Origin: an uncultured archaeon
Lineage (GTDB): Archaea; Asgardarchaeota; Lokiarchaeia; Sigyniarchaeales; SOKP01
Assembly (NCBI GenBank): GCA_964447495.1
Contig: CAYUTF010000018.1
Span: forward strand, 1-28,825
DNA length: 28,825 nt
Direction of reading: 5' to 3'
This document shows, piece by piece, positions 9,207-18,365 of this stretch. The position numbers were made by a program, and so were the translations under genes. Under the pieces are notes generated by a model, which did not search any database, was not told where the DNA came from, and saw only the letters and a program-made list of their open reading frames with translations. The first letter of the stretch is position 1; every line of letters starts with the position of its first letter.

Positions 9207-10703
9207 ATGAGTGCAATAAAACAACTAAGAGAGGAGTTTACTGAATTTAGACGACTTCATTATATTAATGCGCTATTAGGATGGGATACACAAGTCAATT
9301 TACCTCCCGGATCATTTGAGGGACGTTCTGAGCAAATGGCTCTTCTGGAGAAAATAATCCATGAAAAATTAATTGCAGAAAAAATTGGAAAATTAATCGC
9401 TCAATGTGAAAAATTATCCAATCTAAACATAATCGAGTCTGCTATGTTAAGAGAAGCAAGGAGACAATATGATCAAGAAGTAAAAATTCCTACTGAACTA
9501 GTAACTGAAATTGCAAAGACTAGGATTTTGAGTCATCAAGCTTGGGCTAAAGCGCGAGAAAAAAGCGATTTTTCTATATTTGAGCCATTATTAAGAAAAA
9601 TGATTGGGCTTCAAATTGAAGTTGCAAAGAAATTGGATACAGGACCTACTTTATACTCGACATTATTAGACTTATATGAACCAGGAGCAACAAATAGTTG
9701 GATTAAACAAGTTTTTGATAATTTAAAACCTAGATTAGTGAAAATAATAAAAAAATTGACTGCATCTGATGATAAACCTAATTTTTCAATCCTAACTCAA
9801 AAATACGATATAACTAAACAGTGGGATTTTAGTGTTGAAGTAGTTAAAAAGCTAGAATTTGATCTAAATGTGGGACGACAAGATAAATCCGTCCATCCTT
9901 TTACGACTACTTTATCCTCGACTGATACTCGTATAACAACTAGAATTAATGAAGACTATTTCTCAACCTGCATTTTTGGATCAATTCACGAATGTGGACA
10001 TGCATTATATGAGATGGGTTATCAAAAAGAAATTCATGATACTATATTAGCTGATGGTTCTTCGATGGGTATTCATGAATCTCAATCACGAATGTATGAA
10101 AATTATATAGGAAGAAGTAAAGAGTTTTGGACATATTGGTATCCTATCCTTAAAAAGGACTATTTTAAAGATAATTTGAAAAATGTTGAATTAGAGGAAT
10201 TCCATAGAGCTATTAACACAGTACAACCATCATATATCCGTGTTGATGCTGATGAGGTCACTTATGGATTACATATAATTCTCCGATTTGAAATGGAAAA
10301 TGATATTATAGAAGGAAAAATTGAAACTTCGGATATCCCGGAAGTGTGGAATGAGAAATTTGAAAAATTATTAGGTATACCTGTAAAAAAAGATTCAGAT
10401 GGCATGCTCCAAGATGTACATTGGTCTGAAGGATATTTTGGCTACTTTCCATCTTATGCTTTAGGTAATCTATATGCTGCTCAAATATACGCCAATGCAT
10501 TGAAAATTAATCCTTCTTTACTTGAAGATTACAAAAAAGGAGACTTCTCAAATATTTTAACCTATCTTAGAGAAAATGTCCATCAACATGGAAAAATATA
10601 TCAACCAAGGGAATTGATTAAAAGAATCTCTAACGAGGATTTAAATCCCGATTACTTTATCAAATATATCGAGGATAAATTTTATCCTATTTATAGAATA
10701 TAA
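9207..10703 (+). CDS. Carboxypeptidase, M32 family (carboxypeptidase Taq-like)
   Basis: HPFT, HECGHALYE (HExxH), GIHESQSR, IRVDADEVTYGLHIILRFE, QDVHW and GYFPSYALG motifs. Confidence 0.96.
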   Translation: MSAIKQLREEFTEFRRLHYINALLGWDTQVNLPPGSFEGRSEQMALLEKIIHEKLIAEKIGKLIAQCEKLSNLNIIESAMLREARRQYDQEVKIPTELVTEIAKTRILSHQAWAKAREKSDFSIFEPLLRKMIGLQIEVAKKLDTGPTLYSTLLDLYEPGATNSWIKQVFDNLKPRLVKIIKKLTASDDKPNFSILTQKYDITKQWDFSVEVVKKLEFDLNVGRQDKSVHPFTTTLSSTDTRITTRINEDYFSTCIFGSIHECGHALYEMGYQKEIHDTILADGSSMGIHESQSRMYENYIGRSKEFWTYWYPILKKDYFKDNLKNVELEEFHRAINTVQPSYIRVDADEVTYGLHIILRFEMENDIIEGKIETSDIPEVWNEKFEKLLGIPVKKDSDGMLQDVHWSEGYFGYFPSYALGNLYAAQIYANALKINPSLLEDYKKGDFSNILTYLRENVHQHGKIYQPRELIKRISNEDLNPDYFIKYIEDKFYPIYRI

Positions 10704-10705
10704 TC

Positions 10706-10737
10706 TATTTTTTTTACTTTATTTTCTTTTTTTTTAT
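10706..10737 (+). terminator. Oligo-T archaeal terminator
   Basis: Long T-tracts immediately after the M32 stop codon, between convergent genes. Confidence 0.45.
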
Positions 10738-10797
10738 TACCAACTTTTAGACAAAAGTTCAAATATAAATAAGAAAAAATTAGAATGTTTATACAAT

Positions 10798-11460
10798 TCA
10801 AAACTCTTTACGAACAAATAAGAAAGAGGATATTCCTATTAATAAGAGGGGAATAGAAATTCCGATAATAGCTGCAAGAATAAAAGGATTTACCATATTT
10901 AATAATAATACAGGTAAGATAGAGAGCGCAGAAAGCTGATTGCCTAGATATACCGATAAGATGGCTGCAACAGGTACTGAAGAAACAGTAATGCCAAATA
11001 AAAGCCCTATAGAACATGAGATAGCTATTGCTGCTAAACTGACTGCCAAGGATTCAAAGAGGGTAGTAATAAAGATATCTGTTAATTCTCCGAGAGTAAG
11101 ATAATCAATTAAAAATCCTAATATCAAGGATATAATTATAGCTATAATTAAACAAAAATAAACGGCAAGAAATTTAGAAATCAAAATAGTTATACGCTTT
11201 ACTGGTCTAATTAAGAATAAATCATATACTTTTTGATTTATCTCACTTGTTAGCGAAGTACTTAACATTGCTGAGGCAAGTGTCCCTCCAATACTCGATA
11301 AAACTATTGAAACAAGAGCCGAAAAAGGAAAACCTTCCATATCTGGCTGAAAAAAATGCATCAAAATAGTGAGTAATGGTAAACCTACCCACAGAACTAT
11401 CATAACTTTAGATTTGTAAAAACCTCGTAACTCATCGACTAATAATATAGCTAAAGTCAT
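10798..11460 (-). CDS. ABC-2 type transporter permease
   Basis: About 6 TM segments and the motif SEINQKVYDLFLIRPVKR...ISKF. It has an ATGA overlap with the ATPase gene. Confidence 0.85.
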   Translation of the reverse strand: MTLAILLVDELRGFYKSKVMIVLWVGLPLLTILMHFFQPDMEGFPFSALVSIVLSSIGGTLASAMLSTSLTSEINQKVYDLFLIRPVKRITILISKFLAVYFCLIIAIIISLILGFLIDYLTLGELTDIFITTLFESLAVSLAAIAISCSIGLLFGITVSSVPVAAILSVYLGNQLSALSILPVLLLNMVNPFILAAIIGISIPLLLIGISSFLFVRKEF

Positions 11461-12476
11461 TTAATTCCCCCTCTTAAGTAATTTAAATATACGTTTTCAA
11501 GAGAGGGCTTAAGAAATTTAAAGCTCCGAATTCGACATTTTTGCTGAATAATAAACCCTAATATTTTATGTGTTACTTCATCTAAATTAATATCACGATG
11601 TAAATAGATTAGTTGCTTTATATTAGAGATTTTCTCGATTCTCTCTATCTCTTTAATAGATTCAAGCTCAACATAATGGTTTGAATTTTCAGCATATATG
11701 ATTTCAATAATATTTCCTAACTGAAATTCATCTTGTAATTCAGTTGGCGTACCAATTTTCATAATATGTCCCTGGTTAAGAATTCCTATCTTACTAGCAA
11801 TATCTTCAACATCATTAAGAATATGTGATGAAAATAAGATCGTTATTCCTTTTTGTGCTAAATTCTTGATTAATGATTTAATCTGAAACCTGCTAGCAGG
11901 ATCTAGACCCGAAAGGGGTTCATCTAAAATAAGTAATTTTGGTAAATTTAATAGTGCTTGTGCTAAACGTAATTTTTGAATCATTCCACTTGAGAGATGT
12001 TTAATCTTTTTATCTCTAAACTCTTGAAGACCCACAAATTTTAATATCGCTTGAATTCTCTCATTAAGTGTAGCTTTATTAATTCCAGAGAGCCTTCCGA
12101 GGGTATAAAGAGCATGATTAACCGTTCTCCATGTTTGGAATCCTGTATCTTGTGGATGATAACCTAATATATTGAAAAGATTATTAGTTTTTTTTATAAT
12201 TATTTTATCATTGATTAAGTATTCACCCGCATAGTTTTTGATTAAACCTACAATAATTTTAATAGTTGTGGTTTTGCCAGCTCCGTTTGGTCCGATATAT
12301 CCAAAAATGTCCCCTCTCTTAAGAGTTAGGGAGATTTTATTTAATGCTACGATATTTTTGTATTCTTTTGTAACATTATAAAATTTTAAGCTCTGGAAAT
12401 CATTCTCATCTAAGGTATCTTCATACATGTTAATAAAACTTCCTAAATTATCTGTCTCTGTTGCCATATTAATCAT
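11457..12476 (-). CDS. ABC-2 type transporter ATP-binding protein
   Basis: Walker A GPNGAGKTT, signature LSSGM, Walker B LILDEP, switch SSH, and C-terminal PSLENVYL. The start may be at 12467. Confidence 0.93.
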   Translation of the reverse strand: MINMATETDNLGSFINMYEDTLDENDFQSLKFYNVTKEYKNIVALNKISLTLKRGDIFGYIGPNGAGKTTTIKIIVGLIKNYAGEYLINDKIIIKKTNNLFNILGYHPQDTGFQTWRTVNHALYTLGRLSGINKATLNERIQAILKFVGLQEFRDKKIKHLSSGMIQKLRLAQALLNLPKLLILDEPLSGLDPASRFQIKSLIKNLAQKGITILFSSHILNDVEDIASKIGILNQGHIMKIGTPTELQDEFQLGNIIEIIYAENSNHYVELESIKEIERIEKISNIKQLIYLHRDINLDEVTHKILGFIIQQKCRIRSFKFLKPSLENVYLNYLRGGIK

Positions 12477-12682
12477 AAGTAAATTTCAATTGACAATTAA
12501 ATTTCAAGTATTGCAAATAATTATTGCTTTTATTGTTTTTTAAAAACATTTTTGGTTAAATCTAGTATTTTTCATAAAAATAAGAATAAGATTTCAAGAA
12601 TTTAAAGATATCAAGTCAGATTTAAATATATCTCTTTTTATAATTAATTAAATTACTGATTTTTTAATCATCTAAAGAAATA

Positions 12683-13654
12683 ATGATTGTTTCAGAAATT
12701 AATCTAAAAATGGCAATACTAGGGTATTGGAATTCTGGTAAAACCTCAATAGTGAACCTATATCTTGATAATAATTTTCCAAATATTTATATCCCTACAA
12801 TCGGCTCTAATATAGTCCGAAAAGAATATCAATTAGATAAATACCAAATTAGAATTAATATATGGGATATTGGAGGTCAAAAAAGCTTCAATCCATTGAA
12901 TCCTGCTTATTTTAGTAATTTAGATATTGTTTTTCTTGTATTTGATTTATCTAATCCAAAAGAAACCCTCTCTGAATTAAAGAAAACGTATTTAAAAACA
13001 TTAGATCAACTATCTCCCTATTCAATCCGATTTTTAATAGGTAATAAATCAGATTTAGTTAAACCTGAAAATTCTGAAATTTTACTCAACAGTATTCGTC
13101 AATATGGAATCAATGATATGCCAATTATATTTGTCTCTGCAAAAACCCAAGATAACCTTTCTGAAGCATTTGAGTTAATAGTATATGAGTTTTTAAAAAA
13201 AATAGAAAAGAAAAGTAAATCAAGACAAATTCAAGGGATAAGTGAAGAATTTTTACTTATTCTAAGGAAGAATGAGAAGGATTTATATAGTTTACTCATA
13301 AATATAGAAGATATTGATTCTAACAGTTTACAACAAAAAATTACTCCTCAAATTGTCAAAAAGGTCATTAAGCAAGTCGAACAAAGAGAAAAAATTAAAA
13401 TAGAAGAGGAAGCAAATATAACTTTTCCAGAAGAATTCTTTATTTACGATAAAATTAAAACAAATGTAATTAAGCTGTTCAATAACAATTTAAATTCAGT
13501 TCAAGATTTAATCTTAAGTTTAAAAATTACTCCTATAGATTATTTAATAAATAAAATTGATTTAGTAAATAATGAACTAAATGGATTTAAAGATGATTTT
13601 GAAACCAAACTAAATTCTCTTTTTAATATAAGAAATACAGTTGAAAAAGAATAG
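12683..13654 (+). CDS. Rab-like small GTPase with C-terminal helical extension
   Basis: G1 GYWNSGKTS, G2 YIPTIG, G3 WDIGGQ, G4 NKSD, G5 SAK, followed by a ~150 aa helical tail. Confidence 0.88.
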   Translation: MIVSEINLKMAILGYWNSGKTSIVNLYLDNNFPNIYIPTIGSNIVRKEYQLDKYQIRINIWDIGGQKSFNPLNPAYFSNLDIVFLVFDLSNPKETLSELKKTYLKTLDQLSPYSIRFLIGNKSDLVKPENSEILLNSIRQYGINDMPIIFVSAKTQDNLSEAFELIVYEFLKKIEKKSKSRQIQGISEEFLLILRKNEKDLYSLLINIEDIDSNSLQQKITPQIVKKVIKQVEQREKIKIEEEANITFPEEFFIYDKIKTNVIKLFNNNLNSVQDLILSLKITPIDYLINKIDLVNNELNGFKDDFETKLNSLFNIRNTVEKE

Positions 13655-13670
13655 ATAAAGGTGAGAAAAG

Positions 13671-14189
13671 ATTCCAAAAACAGAAAAATTACATGAGGAA
13701 GACTCTCAAGATCAACAAAATTTTGGTGAAAAATATACAAAACTAGAAGCAAAAATTGATGCCATAAAAACAGAAATCGCTACTGCCCAACAACAAATGA
13801 AAGAACGGATTGAGGAAACCATTAAGACCCAAGAAGAGATTATTATGTCCATGATCAATAAATTCAATGAAGAATTTTACAAACATAAAACCAACGTATT
13901 AGAAGAACTGGAATATGTAAAGAATCAGCAAGATGTATTGAAAATCTCATATACAGTTAATGAAAATAAGCTTTTAGATAAAATTGAGAAAATTGTAACC
14001 AAAAAGGTTCATGATAAAATAGATGGAAGAGAAAACGAGATCTTAATGAAACTATGGATTGACGAATTTAAAGAAATAATTGCTAATTTTGAGAAGCTTA
14101 AAAAAATGCTGCCTAAAGAATTCAAACTAAAACTAAATGAAATTTCGGATACAATTGAAATGTTTAAATCAAAGATGCACATTGAATAA
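13671..14189 (+). CDS. Coiled-coil protein (probable ATT start at 13671; first ATG at 13797)
   Basis: The frame is open from 13665. GGTGA lies 6 nt before ATT-CCA-AAA, and the heptad-like sequence continues upstream of the ATG. Confidence 0.65.
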   Translation: MPKTEKLHEEDSQDQQNFGEKYTKLEAKIDAIKTEIATAQQQMKERIEETIKTQEEIIMSMINKFNEEFYKHKTNVLEELEYVKNQQDVLKISYTVNENKLLDKIEKIVTKKVHDKIDGRENEILMKLWIDEFKEIIANFEKLKKMLPKEFKLKLNEISDTIEMFKSKMHIE

Positions 14190-14199
14190 AAAGAGAAAG

Positions 14200-15339
14200 T
14201 TAATTGAGTTTTGGAGGAGCAACATATACTTTTCTCATTCCCTCAATTAAACTAACGGCATTCTCAGGGCAAAAGTGAGCACATACACCACACCCAATGC
14301 AAATATTTTTATCTACCTTTGCTATATTTTCTGAATTCAGATGAACTGCTTCCACAGGACATTTTTCAACACAAATACCACATCCAGTACATAATCCTTC
14401 ATCAATCGATGATAAATAATTGGTTGAATTAATCATTGCTGTTATTCCTCCTCTCCACCAATCTAATGTACCACAACAACATTTACAGCAGTTACATATA
14501 CTTGTTTCATCCTTTTGAATATCTGAATGAGGATGGAATGCCTTATGAACTAACCCATCATTTTCAGATGCTCTCATGATTTTAAGCGCTTCTTCTTTTG
14601 AGACTAATCTAGCAAATCCTTGCTCTGAAACATACTTAGCTGACTTTCCAAACGTAAAACAATTTTCTCTCAGATTAGTTTGTTTACATGATTCCCCTAG
14701 TAAGTCCTTATGATTTCGGCAGAAACAATGTCCCACAGCAATCTCATCAAATTTGTTAATTAAATCTTCGATCCTTTGAGTTGGAACAATTATTTCCTCA
14801 GGGACTTGTAGTTCTTCGTTTATTTGAATTTGAATTTCGCTTCCATTTATATTCTTTTCTAAGATAGGTAAGGTTCTGTCAAAGGGACGCATTTTTTCGA
14901 ATATTGGAACAATTGTGTCATAATTCATTTGAATGAAACTTCCCACTTCGTTAAAATAGTTTGCAAACAATTCAGCAAGATTTTTCTCAGCTGGAGAATA
15001 GTTTATTTCCTTCATAAATGCATATTCAAAAGCGCCAACCATTACTAAGGGCATTAATCTATAAACCATAACCCCGTTAGAATTAGGTTGATTAAAAATA
15101 TACCCTTTTTTTGCTAGTGATTTCACATTCTTGATGATTTGCTCCTCTGACATTTTACTTGTTTTTAGCAACTCTTCTAATGTTTGAGAAGACTTTCTTT
15201 TAAACGCATAGATGAAATCTAATTCATGTTCCTCAATCATTTCTTTTACGATACTGACTAATGTATCATTCAGAGGAAAGGGAAGCGCACCAGCTTTTAT
15301 TATTATTTGTGCTGCTTTTTTATATTTATCTTCAGACAT
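14200..15339 (-). CDS. 4Fe-4S dicluster protein with N-terminal winged-helix-like region and central Cys-rich domain
   Basis: CTGCGICVEKCP and CIGCGVCAHFCP ferredoxin motifs, with central CFCRNH and ICNCCKCCCG. Confidence 0.88.
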   Translation of the reverse strand: MSEDKYKKAAQIIIKAGALPFPLNDTLVSIVKEMIEEHELDFIYAFKRKSSQTLEELLKTSKMSEEQIIKNVKSLAKKGYIFNQPNSNGVMVYRLMPLVMVGAFEYAFMKEINYSPAEKNLAELFANYFNEVGSFIQMNYDTIVPIFEKMRPFDRTLPILEKNINGSEIQIQINEELQVPEEIIVPTQRIEDLINKFDEIAVGHCFCRNHKDLLGESCKQTNLRENCFTFGKSAKYVSEQGFARLVSKEEALKIMRASENDGLVHKAFHPHSDIQKDETSICNCCKCCCGTLDWWRGGITAMINSTNYLSSIDEGLCTGCGICVEKCPVEAVHLNSENIAKVDKNICIGCGVCAHFCPENAVSLIEGMRKVYVAPPKLN

Positions 15340-15487
15340 TTTCTATCATTAATTTTCAATATTTTAATAATAATTCGATTAAATAATATATAAGATTATT
15401 AAATATCAATTAAGAAATATTGGACCCCTATTATTATATATTAGAAGATATCTTATTCTATCTCAACAAGGTTTTTTCAAAACAAAC

Positions 15488-15496
15488 CTTATATAT
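15488..15496 (+). promoter_or_regulatory. TATA-box-like element for a leaderless transcript
   Basis: CTTATATAT preceded by an A-rich BRE-like stretch, about 25 nt upstream of the ATG at 15519. Confidence 0.4.
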
Positions 15497-15518
15497 TAAA
15501 TTTTCTGATATATTCATC

Positions 15519-16100
15519 ATGTCTCAACCTAATATTGTTCTAAAATTAAAAAATGATGCAGAGGCTGTATACGCATTTCCAAATAAAAAAAAAGAGTTTT
15601 TTATTACTTTATTTAATGCAAGCCAGAGTTATCTCCCACAAGCAAGAGTAAGAATTACTGGTCCTCCACAAATTCGATTATTAATCAAATCAGAATGGTA
15701 TGGTGGAGTTCCTAGTGGTCGTGTTAAAACTCGACTTTTCACCATTTTACCTAAAGAAGAAGGAATATTTCAATTAACTGCTTCACTCTCAACAAAAACA
15801 GGACCTGCTATTAATTTACCCATTGAGGTGAGAGTAGGTAACGTCGCATTGACCCAAAAAACTTCTCTGCCCACTTCTAAACCTCCTCTTAGTGCAGGTA
15901 CTTCGAAAGTTAATTGCCCTTTCTGTCATGAATTAATTGATATTGATGCTTCCTTTTGTCCCCAATGTGGTTCTAATGTTCAAGAAAAGAAAGAAGCACA
16001 ACAAGAGATAACAACCAAGACTAAGTTTTGTGTTAAATGTGGAACAGAATTACCTTCGGACGCGAAATTCTGTGCGAAATGTGGCACAAAATTAAGTTAA
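15519..16100 (+). CDS. Double zinc-ribbon (DZR) protein with N-terminal beta-sandwich-like domain
   Basis: CPFC..CPQC and CVKC..CAKC zinc ribbons after a Pro/Ser/Thr linker. ATG 15519 is preferred over TTG 15420. Confidence 0.8.
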   Translation: MSQPNIVLKLKNDAEAVYAFPNKKKEFFITLFNASQSYLPQARVRITGPPQIRLLIKSEWYGGVPSGRVKTRLFTILPKEEGIFQLTASLSTKTGPAINLPIEVRVGNVALTQKTSLPTSKPPLSAGTSKVNCPFCHELIDIDASFCPQCGSNVQEKKEAQQEITTKTKFCVKCGTELPSDAKFCAKCGTKLS

Positions 16101-16314
16101 ATAAAAAATTTACTCTCTTTTTATCAAATTTCTGAATTGAGTTTTTTTGATTTTTTCAAATTATATTTTTGAATAATTTTGGGTTAATAATTAGGTTAAT
16201 AATAGTCTCTGATCTAGATACACTCAAAATAATGTTATTATATATATTATAAATATTAAAAATTTTTATTTCAATTGATACTCGTATTAATAAAAAATTA
16301 GAAGTTGAATAGTT

Positions 16315-17637
16315 ATGGTAAATGTATTAATTATTGGGCATGGAGCAAGAGAACATGTAATCGGTGAAGCATTAGTAAACAGTGGAGCTAATCTATTTGC
16401 ATTTATGAGTTTTAAAAATGCTGGTTTGGATGATTTAAGTCAAGGAAAAGTAAAAATTCATTCTGAAACCGATTTTAAAGAAATAACCGAATATTGCAAA
16501 TCAAATAAGATAGATTTTGCTGTGATAGGTCCTGAAGCACCGCTAGTAGTAGGAATTGTTGATGCTTTAGAAAAGAACGAGATTCCATGTGTAGGTCCAC
16601 GTATAGAAGCAGCTCAACTTGAAGGATCTAAAATATTTATGCGTGATCTTCTCGGAAAGTATAATATTGGTTCAAATATTCAAAGCAAAAGATTTAACTC
16701 CTTGCAAGGAGTTATTGAATATTTGGATGAGGTTGGTGATGAGAATATTGTAATCAAACCGGATGGACTTACGGGAGGCAAAGGAGTAAAAGTATATGGT
16801 GATCATCTATTCTCTAGAAAGGATATTTTAGATTATTGTCAAGAATTAATTGCATTAAAAAGGCCTTTTTTGTTAGAAGAGCGATTTGATGGGGAAGAAT
16901 TTACTCTGCAGACGTTTTGCGATGGTAAAAATGTAGTTGGAACGCCTTTAGTACAAGATCATAAACGTGCATTTGAAGGGGATAAAGGACCTAATACAGG
17001 GGGGATGGGATCATACTCGATGGAAGATCACCTAATGCCCTTTATAGATGAAAGAGATGTTGAAATTGCTCTAAGTGATATGAGAAAAGTAGTTGCATCT
17101 GTTAAAAAGGAGACAGGCGTACCTTACAAAGGTTTTCTTTATGGGCAATTTATGAAAACGAAAAAAAGCATTAAATTAGTAGAATTTAACGCCCGATTAG
17201 GGGATCCTGAAGCAATGAATATTTTGCCCTTACTTAATTCAAACTTTATTGATATTTGTTATGGAATAATTGAAGGAACTCTTAAATCAAGTGTAGAGTT
17301 TATGAAAAAAGCTACAGTTTGTAAATATCTAGCTCCTGAAGGTTATCCTACCTCTCCTAAAAAAGATGAATTAATACATATTGACCAGCTTAAGATTGAA
17401 AAGTTAGGCGCAAAATATTATTACGCTTCTGTTTATCGAAAAAATGGAGGTATTTATACGACTTCTTCTCGTGCTATGGGCATTTTAGGGATTGCAGATA
17501 CTTTAGAAGAAGCTGAAAATATTGCTGAACATGGAGTGAAGTGTATTTCAGGTAAATTATTCCATAGAAAGGATGTGGGAACAAAAAAATTATTACAGAA
17601 GCGAATAAATCATATGAATTCAATTTTAGAATCATAA
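16315..17637 (+). CDS. purD: Phosphoribosylamine--glycine ligase
   Basis: GHGAREH, VIGPEAPL, AQLEGSK, KPDGLTGGKGV, QDHKR, GPNTGGMGS and EFNARLGDPE motifs. Confidence 0.97.
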   Translation: MVNVLIIGHGAREHVIGEALVNSGANLFAFMSFKNAGLDDLSQGKVKIHSETDFKEITEYCKSNKIDFAVIGPEAPLVVGIVDALEKNEIPCVGPRIEAAQLEGSKIFMRDLLGKYNIGSNIQSKRFNSLQGVIEYLDEVGDENIVIKPDGLTGGKGVKVYGDHLFSRKDILDYCQELIALKRPFLLEERFDGEEFTLQTFCDGKNVVGTPLVQDHKRAFEGDKGPNTGGMGSYSMEDHLMPFIDERDVEIALSDMRKVVASVKKETGVPYKGFLYGQFMKTKKSIKLVEFNARLGDPEAMNILPLLNSNFIDICYGIIEGTLKSSVEFMKKATVCKYLAPEGYPTSPKKDELIHIDQLKIEKLGAKYYYASVYRKNGGIYTTSSRAMGILGIADTLEEAENIAEHGVKCISGKLFHRKDVGTKKLLQKRINHMNSILES

Positions 17638-17739
17638 CTCTTTATATTTATTCCTTAAGGATATTTATCACCCTCTCCAAGTTTTATATTTTATAAGAAT
17701 TAAGTTATAAAATAAACAAGATTAATTTTATTTAGTAAA

Positions 17740-18240
17740 ATGGATTGGAATAGTCACAATGAAAACTTTAATGGGCTAATAAGAGAATTATTTCAGGGAA
17801 GAGGATGGAATAAAAGAGCAGAAGCCGCTTTAAAGTTAGGTTTTCTAAAAGATGGTCGAGCAGTAAACCTATTATGTCGTGCTCTACAATCAGAAAAAGA
17901 TCCAGCAGTTATTAATAAGATTATCGAAGCCTTAGGTCGAATAGGAGACCCAAAAGCAACATTAAGAATAGTCGATAAACTAAAGGAAGAAATAGATTAC
18001 TTTAAAAATAATAATATGCAATTCGATAAATTAAGAGTAATTATTATTATTGAAAGCTTAATGAACATCAAAGATAAAAGAGCATTACCTTTTATTGGAT
18101 ACTTCTTAACCTCCAAAATTGAAGAATTAAAAATATTATCCGAACGGGCATTTAATGCGATTGAACCCAATTGGCGAAGTATTATTGATAAAGAACGTCA
18201 AGAAAAATCAATTCACGATATTTTTAAAGTTAATCTATAA
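17740..18240 (+). CDS. HEAT-repeat (PBS lyase-like) protein
   Basis: RAEAALKLG..DGRAV, IIEALGRIGDPKA and SLMNIKDKRALP repeats. Confidence 0.82.
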   Translation: MDWNSHNENFNGLIRELFQGRGWNKRAEAALKLGFLKDGRAVNLLCRALQSEKDPAVINKIIEALGRIGDPKATLRIVDKLKEEIDYFKNNNMQFDKLRVIIIIESLMNIKDKRALPFIGYFLTSKIEELKILSERAFNAIEPNWRSIIDKERQEKSIHDIFKVNL

Positions 18241-18365
18241 CATTATTTTCATATCAAAATTATATCATATTTTTTGCTATTAACAAATCCTTAATACAAA
18301 TATTATTTAAACCTCCTTTTTTTCTTTAGCTAACCTATGTTAATCAAATTGTAAGAGCGTTAAGA

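Noticed and set aside
13662-13664. TGA as selenocysteine or readthrough joining the GTPase and coiled-coil ORFs
   Set aside because: The GTPase ends with TAG in a different frame, there is no redox-motif context or identifiable SECIS, and the TGA is better explained as part of the GGTGA SD.
15420-15518. N-terminal extension of the zinc-ribbon ORF from TTG 15420
   Set aside because: It looks like intergenic sequence and contains a TATA-like box correctly spaced for ATG 15519.
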